NCBI GenBank assembly: GCA_028873795.1
Contig: JAPPNP010000014.1
Coordinates: 76,209-140,208, forward strand
Direction: 5' to 3'
DNA from: Chloroflexota bacterium
Lineage (GTDB): Bacteria; Chloroflexota; UBA11872
DNA: 64,000 nt
Below, in pieces: positions 1 through 9,394 of the stretch (positions are counted from its first letter, which is position 1; every line of letters begins with the position of its first letter). The notes beneath the pieces are model-generated. The model saw only the letters and a list, made by a program, of their open reading frames with translations. It was not told the origin of the DNA and did no database searches. The position numbers and the translations under genes are program-made.

Positions 1-120
1 GTCGAAGACCGCCGCGAGCGCATCATCTCGGCGGAGGTCATCAACAGCGGGGGAATTCCTCGCGCCATTCAGCGGCAGCGCGACGCCCAAGGCTAAGCCC
101 GCTCGGCAGCATGGCGTCCT

Positions 121-1140
121 TCAGGTGAGCGCGCCGACGTAGGCCACGGCGCACTCACCGAGTCGGGCCAGGGCATAGCCGCCCTCGAGTACGTGGAGCG
201 TGGGAAGGCCGAGAGCGGCGATCTCGGCCCCGATGCGCGCGAAATCCTGGCTGCGCAACGCAAACGACGCGATGGGGTCGTCGGCGTGGGTGTCGAATCC
301 CAGTGAGACGATGAGCCGCGACGGAGCGAAGGCCGCGATCCGCTCGCAGGCGCCCGCAAGCGTGGCTGCGTAGTCGTCGATCGCGGTTCCCGGCCAGAGT
401 GGATAGTTGAGGTTGAAGCCCTCGCCCTCGCCCGACCCGCGCTCCGCGGCGGTTCCCGAGAAGCCCGGATAAGCCCAGCGAGGGTCGGCGTGCAGCGACA
501 CGTACAGGATGTCGCGCCGGTCATACGTGAGGTGCTGCGACCCGTTGCCGTGGTGATAGTCCACGTCCAGGATGGCTACCCGACCGGCCGAGAGCAGCTC
601 ATGCGCGGCGATCACCGCGTTGTTGAAGTAGCAGAACCCGCCCATGCGGTCGTGCTCCGCGTGGTGACCAGGCGGGCGGCAGAGGGCGAGTACGTGCGGC
701 GCCCCGCTCGACACGAGGGCGGCGCCGGTCACGGCCACGTCCACGGCCGATCGCGCCGCCCGGTAGGTCTCGCGCATCAGCGGCGCATCGGTGCCGAAGG
801 CGAAGTAGCTCGCGCGAACCGCGAGGCTGTCACTCCCCAGCACGGCTGAGTCCGCGGAAACGCCGGTGGGGGCGAGCTGCTCGTCGGCCTCGAGTTGGGC
901 GCACGCTTCGTCGATGAATTGCCGGTACGCCGGCGCGTGCACCCGATCCACGACGACGTCGTCGGACGGGTCGGGGGTGATCAGCTCGGCGAGACCCTCG
1001 GCTACCAGGGCCTCGCGGATCAGCCTGGGGCGCGACGGAACCTCGGGATGCGGATAGTCCACGCCGTCGATGGCCTGCAGCGTGGGCGCATGGTCAACGT
1101 GGGCGTCGGACCAGACCACCGGGATTCGGACGCCGGACAT
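121..1140 (-). CDS. histone deacetylase superfamily protein (AcuC / acetylpolyamine amidohydrolase-like)
   Basis: 339-aa ORF with Zn-deacetylase motifs PPGHHA, DVDYHHGNG and EGGY; starts 4 bp after the stop of the upstream Gfo/Idh/MocA gene on the same strand. Confidence 0.85.
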   Translation of the reverse strand: MSGVRIPVVWSDAHVDHAPTLQAIDGVDYPHPEVPSRPRLIREALVAEGLAELITPDPSDDVVVDRVHAPAYRQFIDEACAQLEADEQLAPTGVSADSAVLGSDSLAVRASYFAFGTDAPLMRETYRAARSAVDVAVTGAALVSSGAPHVLALCRPPGHHAEHDRMGGFCYFNNAVIAAHELLSAGRVAILDVDYHHGNGSQHLTYDRRDILYVSLHADPRWAYPGFSGTAAERGSGEGEGFNLNYPLWPGTAIDDYAATLAGACERIAAFAPSRLIVSLGFDTHADDPIASFALRSQDFARIGAEIAALGLPTLHVLEGGYALARLGECAVAYVGALT

Positions 1141-1143
1141 TCG

Positions 1144-2091
1144 CTAGGGCGCCGCTTCAATCGCGCTGCGCTCCAGCCGGTCCAGCGTGCGCCACGAGGG
1201 CAGCAGCTCCGGTATGCCGGTGCGCGGCTCGCGTCCCTCCATGACCGCGCTCACGAACTCCCGGTTCTGCCGCGGCACGGCCAGCATCTGCTCCTCCCGC
1301 GCCACGACCTCTCCGGCATGGTTGACCAACACGTCATGGAGAAAGGTGAACGTGTCTTCCTCGCAGATCAGCACCGTGCGCGTCGTCACCTTGTCGACCA
1401 TCGCGTTGTACGAGAGCACCAGCGACGCCAACCCGCCACCGGGAAAGGCCATCTGCATCGAGAGGTCCAACGGCACCTGGTTGGGACCGCTTGGGGGACC
1501 GTAGAGCCCGCGCGCGACGTTCGGCTCCTCGCCGAACACCCACACGGCGTTGTCGACCGCGTGGCCGCCGTGATGCCACAGAATGTCGTCCACCCAGCTG
1601 CGCCGCCGTCCGGTCCAGCCGATGTTCTCGCGGCGGAAGAAGTGCCAGTCGCGGTGCAGGTGCAGCGGGCGCAGGCTGCCGCGGGTGATGCGCTCATGCA
1701 GCCACAGGTTGGGCGCGTAGTACCGCTCGGTGTGGCAGACCATCAGCGTGATGCCGGCGGCGCGGGCCGCCCGATCGAGCTCCTCGGCCTGGTCGAGGCG
1801 CAGGGTCATGGGGATTTCGAGCAGCACGTGCTTTCCCGCCGCAATGGCGGCCATGGTCTGGTCGTAGTGCATCCGATTGGGCGACGTGATCAGCACGGCG
1901 TCGACTTCGGGGCGCGCCAACGCCTCGGCCAGATCCGTCGTCGCGAAATCGGCGTGACAGGTCTCGGCAAACTCCTGGGCCGACGGCAGCAGCCGGCTCA
2001 CGACGCTGTCGACGGCGATGCCCTCCATGTCGAGCAGCGCGTCGCGGTGGAACGTCGTGATGGCGCCGGATCCAACGATGCAAAAGCGCAT
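1144..2091 (-). CDS. Gfo/Idh/MocA family NAD(P)-dependent oxidoreductase
   Basis: 315-aa ORF; N-terminal Rossmann motif MRFCIVGSGAITTFH and typical family length; likely co-operonic with the deacetylase-like gene. Confidence 0.8.
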   Translation of the reverse strand: MRFCIVGSGAITTFHRDALLDMEGIAVDSVVSRLLPSAQEFAETCHADFATTDLAEALARPEVDAVLITSPNRMHYDQTMAAIAAGKHVLLEIPMTLRLDQAEELDRAARAAGITLMVCHTERYYAPNLWLHERITRGSLRPLHLHRDWHFFRRENIGWTGRRRSWVDDILWHHGGHAVDNAVWVFGEEPNVARGLYGPPSGPNQVPLDLSMQMAFPGGGLASLVLSYNAMVDKVTTRTVLICEEDTFTFLHDVLVNHAGEVVAREEQMLAVPRQNREFVSAVMEGREPRTGIPELLPSWRTLDRLERSAIEAAP

Positions 2092-2210
2092 GAGCGGAAA
2101 TTCCTGCGGGGCAAGCGGTGCCCTAAGGTAGCGCGCCGCTCTACAAGTGAGCTATGGACCCTCGGCGCAGTTCAATCGGGCACGCGGACATGAGTCCCGG
2201 CCCGGCATTG

Positions 2211-3512
2211 CTACGCGAACGCGACGTACCGGACCCAGATCCAAGCGGTGGAGATCGCCATGCACACCACGGCGACGGGCACGCCGTACTTCATGAACTG
2301 CCCGAAGCCGATCTTGTGACCCTCGCGCTCGGCGATCCCGGCCAGAATCACGTTGGCCGACGCGCCGATGATCGTGGCGTTGCCGCCGAGATCGGCGCCC
2401 AGCGCCAGCGACCACCAGAGAATGTTGTCGGGGTTGAGCCCGGCAGCCTCGAGGTTCTGCACCACCGGCAGCATCGTGGCGGCGAAGGGAATGTTGTCCA
2501 CGATGGCCGACGCCACGCCGCTCACCCAGATCGTCAGCGCCGCCGTGGCGAACACGTTGCCCTGGGTCAGGTCGCGAATGAAGTTGGCGACGGCGTCGAG
2601 CACGCCAAGCTCCACCAAGCCGCCGACCATCACAAACAGACCGACGAAAAACATCACGCTGGGCCACTCGACCGCGGCGAAGGCCTTGTGCGGATTGGCC
2701 CGCATCACCAGCATGGCCAGCGCGGCGCCGCCGAGAGCGATCGTGGCGGGCTCCCAATTCAGCGCGCCGTGAATCAGAAAGCCGACGACCGTGAGTCCAA
2801 GCACCGCCAGCCCGATCTTCAGGCCGCGTCGGTCGGTGATGTACTCCGCCGGGTCCAGCTTGGCCAGCGCGGCGGCATGCACGGGATCGACCGCGAGTTG
2901 CTTGCCAAACATCCAGCGCAGGCTCACCAGGAACAGCGGCAGCATGATCAGAATCGGCGGGGTCATGTGGGCCGCGAATTCGGCGAAGTCGATGTTCCCC
3001 GCACTGCCGATGAGGATGTTGGGCGGATCGCCGATCAGCGTGGCTGCGCCGCCGATGTTCGACGCCAGGATCTCGGCGATGAACAGCGGCACCGGATTGA
3101 TGTGCAGTTGGCGCGCCACCACCAGCGTGATTGGCGCAATGAGGATTACCGTCGTGACGTTGTCGAGAAACGCGGAGAGCACAGCGGTGATTACCGACAA
3201 GGTCACCGCCAGATGGAATCCGTTGCCGCCCGTGCGCTGCGCCGCGACGATGGCGAGATATTGAAACGCGCCGGTTTCGCTGATCAGTCCGGCCAGCACC
3301 ATCATGCCGACGAGCAGAAAGATGACGTTGAGATCGATGTGCTCGAAGCCATGGTGCTGATCCATGATTCCGATCATGATCATCAGCACGGCGCCGGCGA
3401 CGGCGACCGCCGACTTGGGCACCCGGTCGCTCGCGATGGCGGCGTAGGCGAGAACGAAGATCACGATGCCGGCTACGAGGAGGGCAGTGCCGGGGTCGGC
3501 GTGGTCGGTCAT
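2211..3512 (-). CDS. ArsB/NhaD-superfamily anion permease (CitMHS-like)
   Basis: Polytopic membrane protein with repeated hydrophobic segments and the motif LSAFLDNVTTVILIAPI; start taken at internal ATG 3512 (MTDHADPG), because the upstream Arg/Ala-rich extension of the raw ORF looks non-coding. Confidence 0.75.
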   Translation of the reverse strand: MTDHADPGTALLVAGIVIFVLAYAAIASDRVPKSAVAVAGAVLMIMIGIMDQHHGFEHIDLNVIFLLVGMMVLAGLISETGAFQYLAIVAAQRTGGNGFHLAVTLSVITAVLSAFLDNVTTVILIAPITLVVARQLHINPVPLFIAEILASNIGGAATLIGDPPNILIGSAGNIDFAEFAAHMTPPILIMLPLFLVSLRWMFGKQLAVDPVHAAALAKLDPAEYITDRRGLKIGLAVLGLTVVGFLIHGALNWEPATIALGGAALAMLVMRANPHKAFAAVEWPSVMFFVGLFVMVGGLVELGVLDAVANFIRDLTQGNVFATAALTIWVSGVASAIVDNIPFAATMLPVVQNLEAAGLNPDNILWWSLALGADLGGNATIIGASANVILAGIAEREGHKIGFGQFMKYGVPVAVVCMAISTAWIWVRYVAFA

Positions 3513-3630
3513 GGCATCCGTTGCATAGGGAGCGGCGCCTCGAGCGCCGCGGGCGGCACAACGCCAGCCGGCATGTCCGAGGGGACAGACCAGGCTGGCC
3601 CGCGCCATCGTAGCTTGTCAGGACGCGCCG

Positions 3631-4341
3631 CTAGGTCGTCAGCGCCTCGAGCGCCGGCGGCAGCGCGCAGCGAAGCTCCTTGAGCCCGTCGCGCAAGTCG
3701 CGTCGAAACTGCGCTACCTCGCCAATCTCGAACGGCAGCCGCCACAGGTCGAGCAAGTTTGGCCACCAGGTCGCGCCGTCGACCCAGCCCAGGGCGACGA
3801 CGGAGCGGGGCACACCGCGCTCGACCGGATCGGCAACCACCCTCAGTGCGGCGGCGGGAACCCCATGAACCTGGGCCCGATCGAGCACCGCGCCCGACTC
3901 GCTGTCTACCGTCAACGCACCGTCCGTGCCCAGCCGCCGCTTGGCCGCGGCGTCCGCCACGCCGTCCACCGTCCAGCCCTCGCCGCGGCGAGCGTCGGTG
4001 CCGGCATCTCGCAATGCGTCCTCGACGGCATCGGTAAGGTCCGGCGACGCCCGTACTCGGGAATCGGCGGTCCGCACCGCGTCGAGCACCGCCGTCGTGC
4101 CGGGCGCAAGGTCGGGCTGCAGCCCCCCGGCGATGCCCGCAACCAGCACCGCCCGAGGCCGCCATCGCGCGATCGCGGCCTCGGTGGCGCGCGCGGCGTT
4201 GATCGGCCCGATGCCACATCGCTCCGCAACGACCTGAGGCATCGCGCCCACCGCTCGAGTTTGCGCCTTGGATCCACTCGGAAGCTGGCGCCATTCGGCG
4301 CGAAGCGCCACCACCACCAGGATTGGCCCAATTCCGGTCAC
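3631..4341 (-). CDS. PNP/UDP-family nucleoside phosphorylase/nucleosidase-like protein (MTA nucleosidase / futalosine hydrolase-like)
   Basis: 236 aa; N-terminal ILVVVALRAEW and the GIGPINAARATEAA...VLVAGIAGGL pattern typical of the phosphorylase-1 fold; divergent from the fucosidase gene. Confidence 0.5.
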   Translation of the reverse strand: MTGIGPILVVVALRAEWRQLPSGSKAQTRAVGAMPQVVAERCGIGPINAARATEAAIARWRPRAVLVAGIAGGLQPDLAPGTTAVLDAVRTADSRVRASPDLTDAVEDALRDAGTDARRGEGWTVDGVADAAAKRRLGTDGALTVDSESGAVLDRAQVHGVPAAALRVVADPVERGVPRSVVALGWVDGATWWPNLLDLWRLPFEIGEVAQFRRDLRDGLKELRCALPPALEALTT

Positions 4342-4418
4342 GCGGCCATCGCTTGCGCAGTGGCTAGCATGGACTCAATGATGCGATCCATCTCAGCCCC
4401 TGTGAAAGGCCGGCAGCC

Positions 4419-5621
4419 ATGGCACCCGCGCACGCCCTCCGGTGGTTCAACGACGCTCGCTTCGGGATGTTCATTCACTGGGGCCTCTACTCCGTGCTCG
4501 CCCGCCACGAGTGGACGATGTACCAGGAGGAAATCCCGAACGACGAATACGCCCGTCTGGCCGACCGGTTCACCGCCGCCCGCTACTCCCCGGACGATTG
4601 GGTCGCGCTCGCCCAGGATACGGGCATGCGCTACATGATTCTGACCTCGCGCCATCATGAGGGATTCGCGCTCTGGGACTCGAAGGTTTCGGACTTCACG
4701 GCGCCGAACTCCGCGGCCAAGCGCGATGTGCTGGCCGAGTTCGTGGCGGCCTGCCAGAAGCGCCGCATGCCCTATGGCTTCTACTTCTCGCTGCTGGACT
4801 GGCGCTGGCCGGAGTACTTCCGCGGACCACAGGCCGACCCCGAAGGCTGGGCGCGATTTCGGGCCTACGTCCACGCTCAAGTCGAGGAGCTCTGCACGGA
4901 CTACGGCGAGCTGGCCGTGCTCTGGTACGACGGCGGCTGGCCCTACACCCCGGAGGATTGGGACTCCGAGACTCTCAACGCCCGCGTGCGAGAGCTGCAG
5001 CCGAACATCTTGATCAACGACCGGTCGCTGCTACCCGAGGACTTCGACACGCCGGAGCAGCACGTCACCGCGTCGGCCCCGGGCCGCCCCTGGGAGAGTT
5101 GCATGACCATGAACACCACCTGGGGCTATTCCACCATCGACCACGAGTGGCGCACGCCGCGACAGCTGATTCACTTCCTGGTCACCGCCGCCGCGGGCGG
5201 CGGCAACTATCTGCTCAACGTGGGACCGGACCCCGAGGGGCACATCCCCTTCGAGTCGGTGGAGCGGCTGCGCGCCATGGGCGCCTGGATGCGCGTCAAC
5301 AACGAGTCGATCTACGGCTCCGAGCGCATGCCCGACCGCCTCATGCGCGTGGGAAGCGTCGGGCGGCACCACACCATCAAGGGCCACACGCTGTACCTGC
5401 ACTGCTGGCGCTGGCCCGGCGAGGAGATGGTGCTGGGCAACCTGGACGGCACGCTGCTCTCGGCCCGGTTCCTGTACGACGGCACCCCCATCGACTTCGA
5501 CCAGCGCCAACACCGCATCTGGCTGCGTGGGCTGCCGGCCTTCGCCCCCGACCCGATCGACACGGTCATCGCGTTGGACTTCGACCGTCGCCCGAACTTG
5601 CGCGATCGGTTTGGCGCGTGA
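4419..5621 (+). CDS. alpha-L-fucosidase, glycoside hydrolase family 29
   Basis: 400 aa; GH29 signature FGMFIHWGLYS near the N-terminus; no signal peptide, so probably cytoplasmic. Confidence 0.85.
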   Translation: MAPAHALRWFNDARFGMFIHWGLYSVLARHEWTMYQEEIPNDEYARLADRFTAARYSPDDWVALAQDTGMRYMILTSRHHEGFALWDSKVSDFTAPNSAAKRDVLAEFVAACQKRRMPYGFYFSLLDWRWPEYFRGPQADPEGWARFRAYVHAQVEELCTDYGELAVLWYDGGWPYTPEDWDSETLNARVRELQPNILINDRSLLPEDFDTPEQHVTASAPGRPWESCMTMNTTWGYSTIDHEWRTPRQLIHFLVTAAAGGGNYLLNVGPDPEGHIPFESVERLRAMGAWMRVNNESIYGSERMPDRLMRVGSVGRHHTIKGHTLYLHCWRWPGEEMVLGNLDGTLLSARFLYDGTPIDFDQRQHRIWLRGLPAFAPDPIDTVIALDFDRRPNLRDRFGA

Positions 5622-5652
5622 GGCCTGGTTCGAAGGGCGATCGAATCGGCGA

Positions 5653-5683
5653 GTAGGGGCGGGTCTGTGACCCGGCCGTCCGT
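5653..5683. repeat. palindromic repeat module A (GTAGGGGCGG...CCGGCCGTCCG variant)
   Basis: GC-rich inverted repeat similar to copies at 47995-48024, 48062-48088 and 59802-59830. Confidence 0.4.
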
Positions 5684-5820
5684 TCCGCCGCACCGGCGTC
5701 GGCGCCTAGGAATGCGACGAGAAGGGTGGTCCGGGACCCTCGCAACGGTCGGGTGGGACGCGATTTTGTCGGCGGCGGGGCGTGCTCGTGGTACCGTGCT
5801 CGCACGCGACTGTCACGCTG

Positions 5821-6717
5821 ATGGTCGCCGCGGGAGGCATGGAGCTTTCGTCCGTGCACCGTGTCCCCGTAGTTCTGTTGGTCGCGCTCGTGGTCGGCGC
5901 CGTCGCGCAGATCGCCTGCGGCGGCGACGGTGACGTGCCGTCTCCGCCAGCGGAGTCACAAGCCGCTGCGACGCCGACAGCAGGGCTGTTTCGCACGCCC
6001 ACTCCAGTCGCCGCGAGGCCAACCACCGCGTCGTCCGGCACGCCTGTGCCGGCCGCCACTGCATCCGCCACCCCCGGACCGACGGTTGAACCGTCACGCG
6101 CGCCCACGCCGGCCGCCACCGTGTCAGCCACCGCCGCACCGTCGCGCACGCCCTCGGCGACCGCCATCGTGTCAGCCACCGCCGCCCCGCCCCAAACGCC
6201 GACGCCGGCCGCCACGCCACGGGCGCTCGCTTCGCGGTTGCCGGCGGTCGCGCCCCTTGCGTCCACCGCCGCGTCAGGCTCACTCACGCCGACCGTCGCC
6301 CTGGCCCGCACGCCGGCCTCGACCTCCGCCCCGCAGGCGCCGGCATCCCGCATACCCGGGGTCGTGCCTCGCACGTCCACCGCGACGCCGGCACCCGGCA
6401 ATCCCGCGGAGGAGTGCGAGTCTCTCGCTGAAAACTACGCCGCCGCGCACAAGTTCTACGAGACCGGCACGGCGGCAAGCAGCACGGCTTGGAATGCCTA
6501 CATCAGCGCCCACAACGCCGGTCACGCTGACCCCGCCAGCCTCTCGCGGCTCCAGCATTCGTATGACCGGCTCTCCGCGAACCTCGATCGGTCGCTCGCG
6601 TCCATGGCCGCCAGCAAGCGCGCCGCCGACGATTTCGAGATCGTTCACCGGGGACGGTGTGATCTCAATCAGGTCACCGGCAAGCGCTACCGGCCCCTGC
6701 CGCCACCGAAAGGCTAG
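5821..6717 (+). CDS. secreted or lipo-protein with Pro/Thr/Ala-rich linker and C-terminal Cys-containing domain of unknown function
   Basis: Signal-like hydrophobic stretch VVLLVALVVGAVAQIACGGDGD followed by about 190 aa of P/T/A/S-rich low-complexity sequence, then a structured C-terminal domain about 100 aa long; the start (ATG 5821 or 5839) is uncertain. Confidence 0.5.
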   Translation: MVAAGGMELSSVHRVPVVLLVALVVGAVAQIACGGDGDVPSPPAESQAAATPTAGLFRTPTPVAARPTTASSGTPVPAATASATPGPTVEPSRAPTPAATVSATAAPSRTPSATAIVSATAAPPQTPTPAATPRALASRLPAVAPLASTAASGSLTPTVALARTPASTSAPQAPASRIPGVVPRTSTATPAPGNPAEECESLAENYAAAHKFYETGTAASSTAWNAYISAHNAGHADPASLSRLQHSYDRLSANLDRSLASMAASKRAADDFEIVHRGRCDLNQVTGKRYRPLPPPKG

Positions 6718-6784
6718 GCACACCACCGCCGCCGTTGCGTCCCGCCGCGCGCAGCGGCGTTCATATTTCCGGCCTTTCGGAAAT

Positions 6785-6812
6785 CGTCATTCCGGCCTTG
6801 AGCCGGATTCCA
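6785..6812. repeat. palindromic repeat module B (GTCATTCCGGC-loop-GCCGGATTCCAG)
   Basis: Hairpin-forming inverted repeat related to copies at 26473, 47922, 54618, 58398 and 59854. Confidence 0.5.
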
Positions 6813-6952
6813 GTTCCAATCCGACCAGGAACCGCGCCGGATTCTCCCCGGCGGTGCGTGGCCTGACCGAGCTTTGCAGGGTCTCCTGATTGGGATGGGC
6901 GGCTGTCGTCCCAAATCGGTCTGGTTCGGCCACTCCAACGACTTGCCGGGGA

Positions 6953-7402
6953 CTACCCCAGGATGCCGGGCTCTCCGATCCAACGGACGTTCCGGCCGGA
7001 CTGGCTGGCCGCGCGGCAAAACCTCTTGTCGGCGGTCCACAGCTCGCAGCCAAACTCTTCGGCCAACGCCAAATAGTGGGCGTCGTAGACCGCCCCCTGC
7101 TGAAGTTCGGTTGCCAACTCAAGGGCTCTCACGTGCAACGCTTGCGTCTGATGCAACTCAAGCCGCGAGCTAAGCAATTGCAAGATCATGCGAGCGGCGT
7201 CTCCGACGTTCAACTGATTCCGAATCACCCTTCGATGGAGAGCGTTGGCGACCTCGAGCGGCAGCAGGTAGGGAGCGGACGGGGTGATCTCGTCGTCGTG
7301 CCATGTGCTGAGAATCGCCAAAGCCCTGTCAGTGTGCTCCTCTCTCACCAACCACTTGACGGCCACGCTCGCATCGACGACCACAAAGCCGCTCACGCCC
7401 AC
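6953..7402 (-). CDS. vapC: type II toxin VapC (PIN-domain ribonuclease)
   Basis: 149 aa; N-terminal FVVVDASVAVKW plus the conserved acidic residues of the PIN fold; overlaps the upstream small gene by 10 nt. Confidence 0.8.
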   Translation of the reverse strand: MGVSGFVVVDASVAVKWLVREEHTDRALAILSTWHDDEITPSAPYLLPLEVANALHRRVIRNQLNVGDAARMILQLLSSRLELHQTQALHVRALELATELQQGAVYDAHYLALAEEFGCELWTADKRFCRAASQSGRNVRWIGEPGILG

Positions 7403-7695
7403 CCGTCCATCTCGGCATCCCTAATCTCACGGGCCTCTCGAATCAGGTCAACAGAGTCTCCGGGCAACGTCTTGTCCCCGAATATCTCCTTCTGGAGTTC
7501 CGCAAACAGTTCGTGGTCGGGCCTGTCGGACAACAATCCGCCCGCGCCGTTGGCCTCGTCCATGGTTAATTCTCGGTCGATGGCCGTCTGGCAGTACTCC
7601 CGCATGCTGATGCCCTTGAGCGCGGCCATGACCTTCAGGCGGCGCTGAAAGTCTGGCGCCAAGTCCAGCGTGAGTCGCTTCTTTGTGGCGGCCAT
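7393..7695 (-). CDS. vapB: type II antitoxin VapB (ribbon-helix-helix)
   Basis: 100-aa ORF from ATG 7695 (MAATKKRLTLDL...); a beta-strand then two helices, typical of RHH antitoxins; overlaps vapC; the raw ORF extends further upstream but with implausible sequence. Confidence 0.65.
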   Translation of the reverse strand: MAATKKRLTLDLAPDFQRRLKVMAALKGISMREYCQTAIDRELTMDEANGAGGLLSDRPDHELFAELQKEIFGDKTLPGDSVDLIREAREIRDAEMDGWA

Positions 7696-7847
7696 GCGCG
7701 ATCCTCCGCGACGATGACGGTCACCGCCAAGGATAGTGCAAATACGGAAACGCGTGTTTACAGACAGCCATTGAAAGGGCAAGCACGCGACAGCTTCATG
7801 GTTAGCGCTCACCGGCCGCCGCGTCAGCGCAGAGCACTCCGCCTAAG

Positions 7848-8621
7848 TCAGATCGCCACCTCGGCGATGCACAGCCCGTCGGCGGTCGCGTCCACCACCA
7901 GGAATCCCTGGTGGGCGTTCACGCCTGGATTGGTCCGATCCCGGCCGAGCGTGACCCAGGTGGAAGGGACCGTCTCGCTGCCGATGCCGCCGACCGTGGC
8001 GCTGCTGCGCTGGTGCACGTGACCGGAGAAGACGCCCAGAACGCGACGGTGCTGCTGCAGGACGCCCATCAACTCGTCGGCATTCTGCAGGCAGACGCCG
8101 TCCAGCCAATCGATGCCAATTGGATGGCAGTGGTGGTGGACGAACAGGACGGTTGACTCGCGGCCGCGGTCGGCCAGCGTGCGGTCTAGCCACGTGAGCT
8201 GCTCCGAATCAAGCTGCCCTCCCACGACGTGGCCCCCAGGGCTCGAGTTGAGCACGACCAGCTGCACGCCGCGGCGAATCAGCGCGTAGTAGCTCCCGGG
8301 CGCGCCCCGGGGCTCGATATCGCTCGGAAGCGGCAGCGCCTGCGCCAGCATCGCGGGGTCGTCGTGGTTCCCCTGCACGTAGAGCTGCGGCATGGGCAGG
8401 TCGCGCGTGATGCGGACGAATTCGGCATAGGCCGCGGGGCTCGGCGTGCTCGTCTGGTCGCCAAGGTGCACGACAAGCTCCGGCGACGGCCGAATTCCGG
8501 ATAGGGTGCGCACGGCCGCCTCGAGATTGCGGCGAGCATCCACCCCATGCTGTGGCGCTACGCCGGGCGAAATGATGTGGGCGTCGCTGAGGATGGCGAA
8601 GCGCACGGCGTCCCCTGGCAC
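7848..8621 (-). CDS. calcineurin-like metallophosphoesterase (CpdA-like)
   Basis: Metallophosphoesterase motifs (ILSDAH, GDQT, GNHD, GHVH); start set at GTG 8621-8619, which overlaps the TAG stop of the upstream DUF3105 gene (TAGTG); the raw ORF continues to 8711 with an Arg-rich, non-protein-like extension. Confidence 0.7.
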   Translation of the reverse strand: MPGDAVRFAILSDAHIISPGVAPQHGVDARRNLEAAVRTLSGIRPSPELVVHLGDQTSTPSPAAYAEFVRITRDLPMPQLYVQGNHDDPAMLAQALPLPSDIEPRGAPGSYYALIRRGVQLVVLNSSPGGHVVGGQLDSEQLTWLDRTLADRGRESTVLFVHHHCHPIGIDWLDGVCLQNADELMGVLQQHRRVLGVFSGHVHQRSSATVGGIGSETVPSTWVTLGRDRTNPGVNAHQGFLVVDATADGLCIAEVAI

Positions 8622-9394
8622 TACGGCGCGTGCTCGGGGCCGCGGTCCACGTAATCGCCGTAGAACTCGCGCACGCGGTCGGGCTCGAAGCTGTCCATGG
8701 GCTCCTGCCAATGCCAGGCCACGAGCATGTACTTGGGCACTAGTCCCGGATACGGCATGGCGATCAACTTCACCTCGCCGAATGCCGCATTCGGGAGTTC
8801 CTGGTAGATCGCCTCGATTTGCGGCACGACCTCGTCGCAGTCGGCATTGCAGCGATACAGCAGCGCGATGGCGCCATGCTCCAGGTTATGCACCCAGAAG
8901 CCTTCCTCGACCGGCTCTTGGTACACGCCGTACGGCACGGAAATGGGGTAGTGGGTCCCGGACGCCGGCGGAACATTGGCGTATTCGATGGGCGTCCCCG
9001 CCGGCACGTGGAGGCGGCCTTCGTCGTCGATTCGCACGCGCCGGGCGGCCACTTCGGTCGACGGCATATTCGACATGATCAAGACGACGATGAGCGCGGC
9101 GACGCCGCCCACCACGAGCAGCACGCCGCCGCTGACGAGCGAGCGCCGAAGCCACCGGCGACGTCGCGCGATTCGCTGCCGCTCGTGACGAGCCTCACGG
9201 CGTCGTTCCAGTTTGTCGGCCGCCCTCGATCCGCGTCGTCTCGCCACGCCGTCCCACCTCAACCGCTGAGTGTTCGCGATTGTGCCACCGGCGCCGTTGC
9301 CGCCAATTGGCAGGGCTGAGTCCACAGACAGCGGCCGGTGGGTGAGAATGGCAGCAATCTGCCGCCAAGCCCCGTGAGAGGACCACCGCCTCAT
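8621..9394 (-). CDS. DUF3105-domain membrane protein
   Basis: Basic N-terminal region, one TM helix (LVSGGVLLVVGGVAALIVVLIM) and a C-terminal domain with the GTHY...WVHNLEHGAIALLYRC pattern of DUF3105; the start is uncertain (9394 would abut the gnd start on the opposite strand). Confidence 0.55.
   Translation of the reverse strand: MRRWSSHGAWRQIAAILTHRPLSVDSALPIGGNGAGGTIANTQRLRWDGVARRRGSRAADKLERRREARHERQRIARRRRWLRRSLVSGGVLLVVGGVAALIVVLIMSNMPSTEVAARRVRIDDEGRLHVPAGTPIEYANVPPASGTHYPISVPYGVYQEPVEEGFWVHNLEHGAIALLYRCNADCDEVVPQIEAIYQELPNAAFGEVKLIAMPYPGLVPKYMLVAWHWQEPMDSFEPDRVREFYGDYVDRGPEHAP

Noticed and set aside
895-2193. 432-aa plus-strand ORF
   Set aside because: It lies antisense to the deacetylase and Gfo/Idh/MocA genes, which have clear family motifs.
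4338-4880. 180-aa minus-strand ORF
   Set aside because: It lies antisense to the 5' part of the GH29 fucosidase gene.
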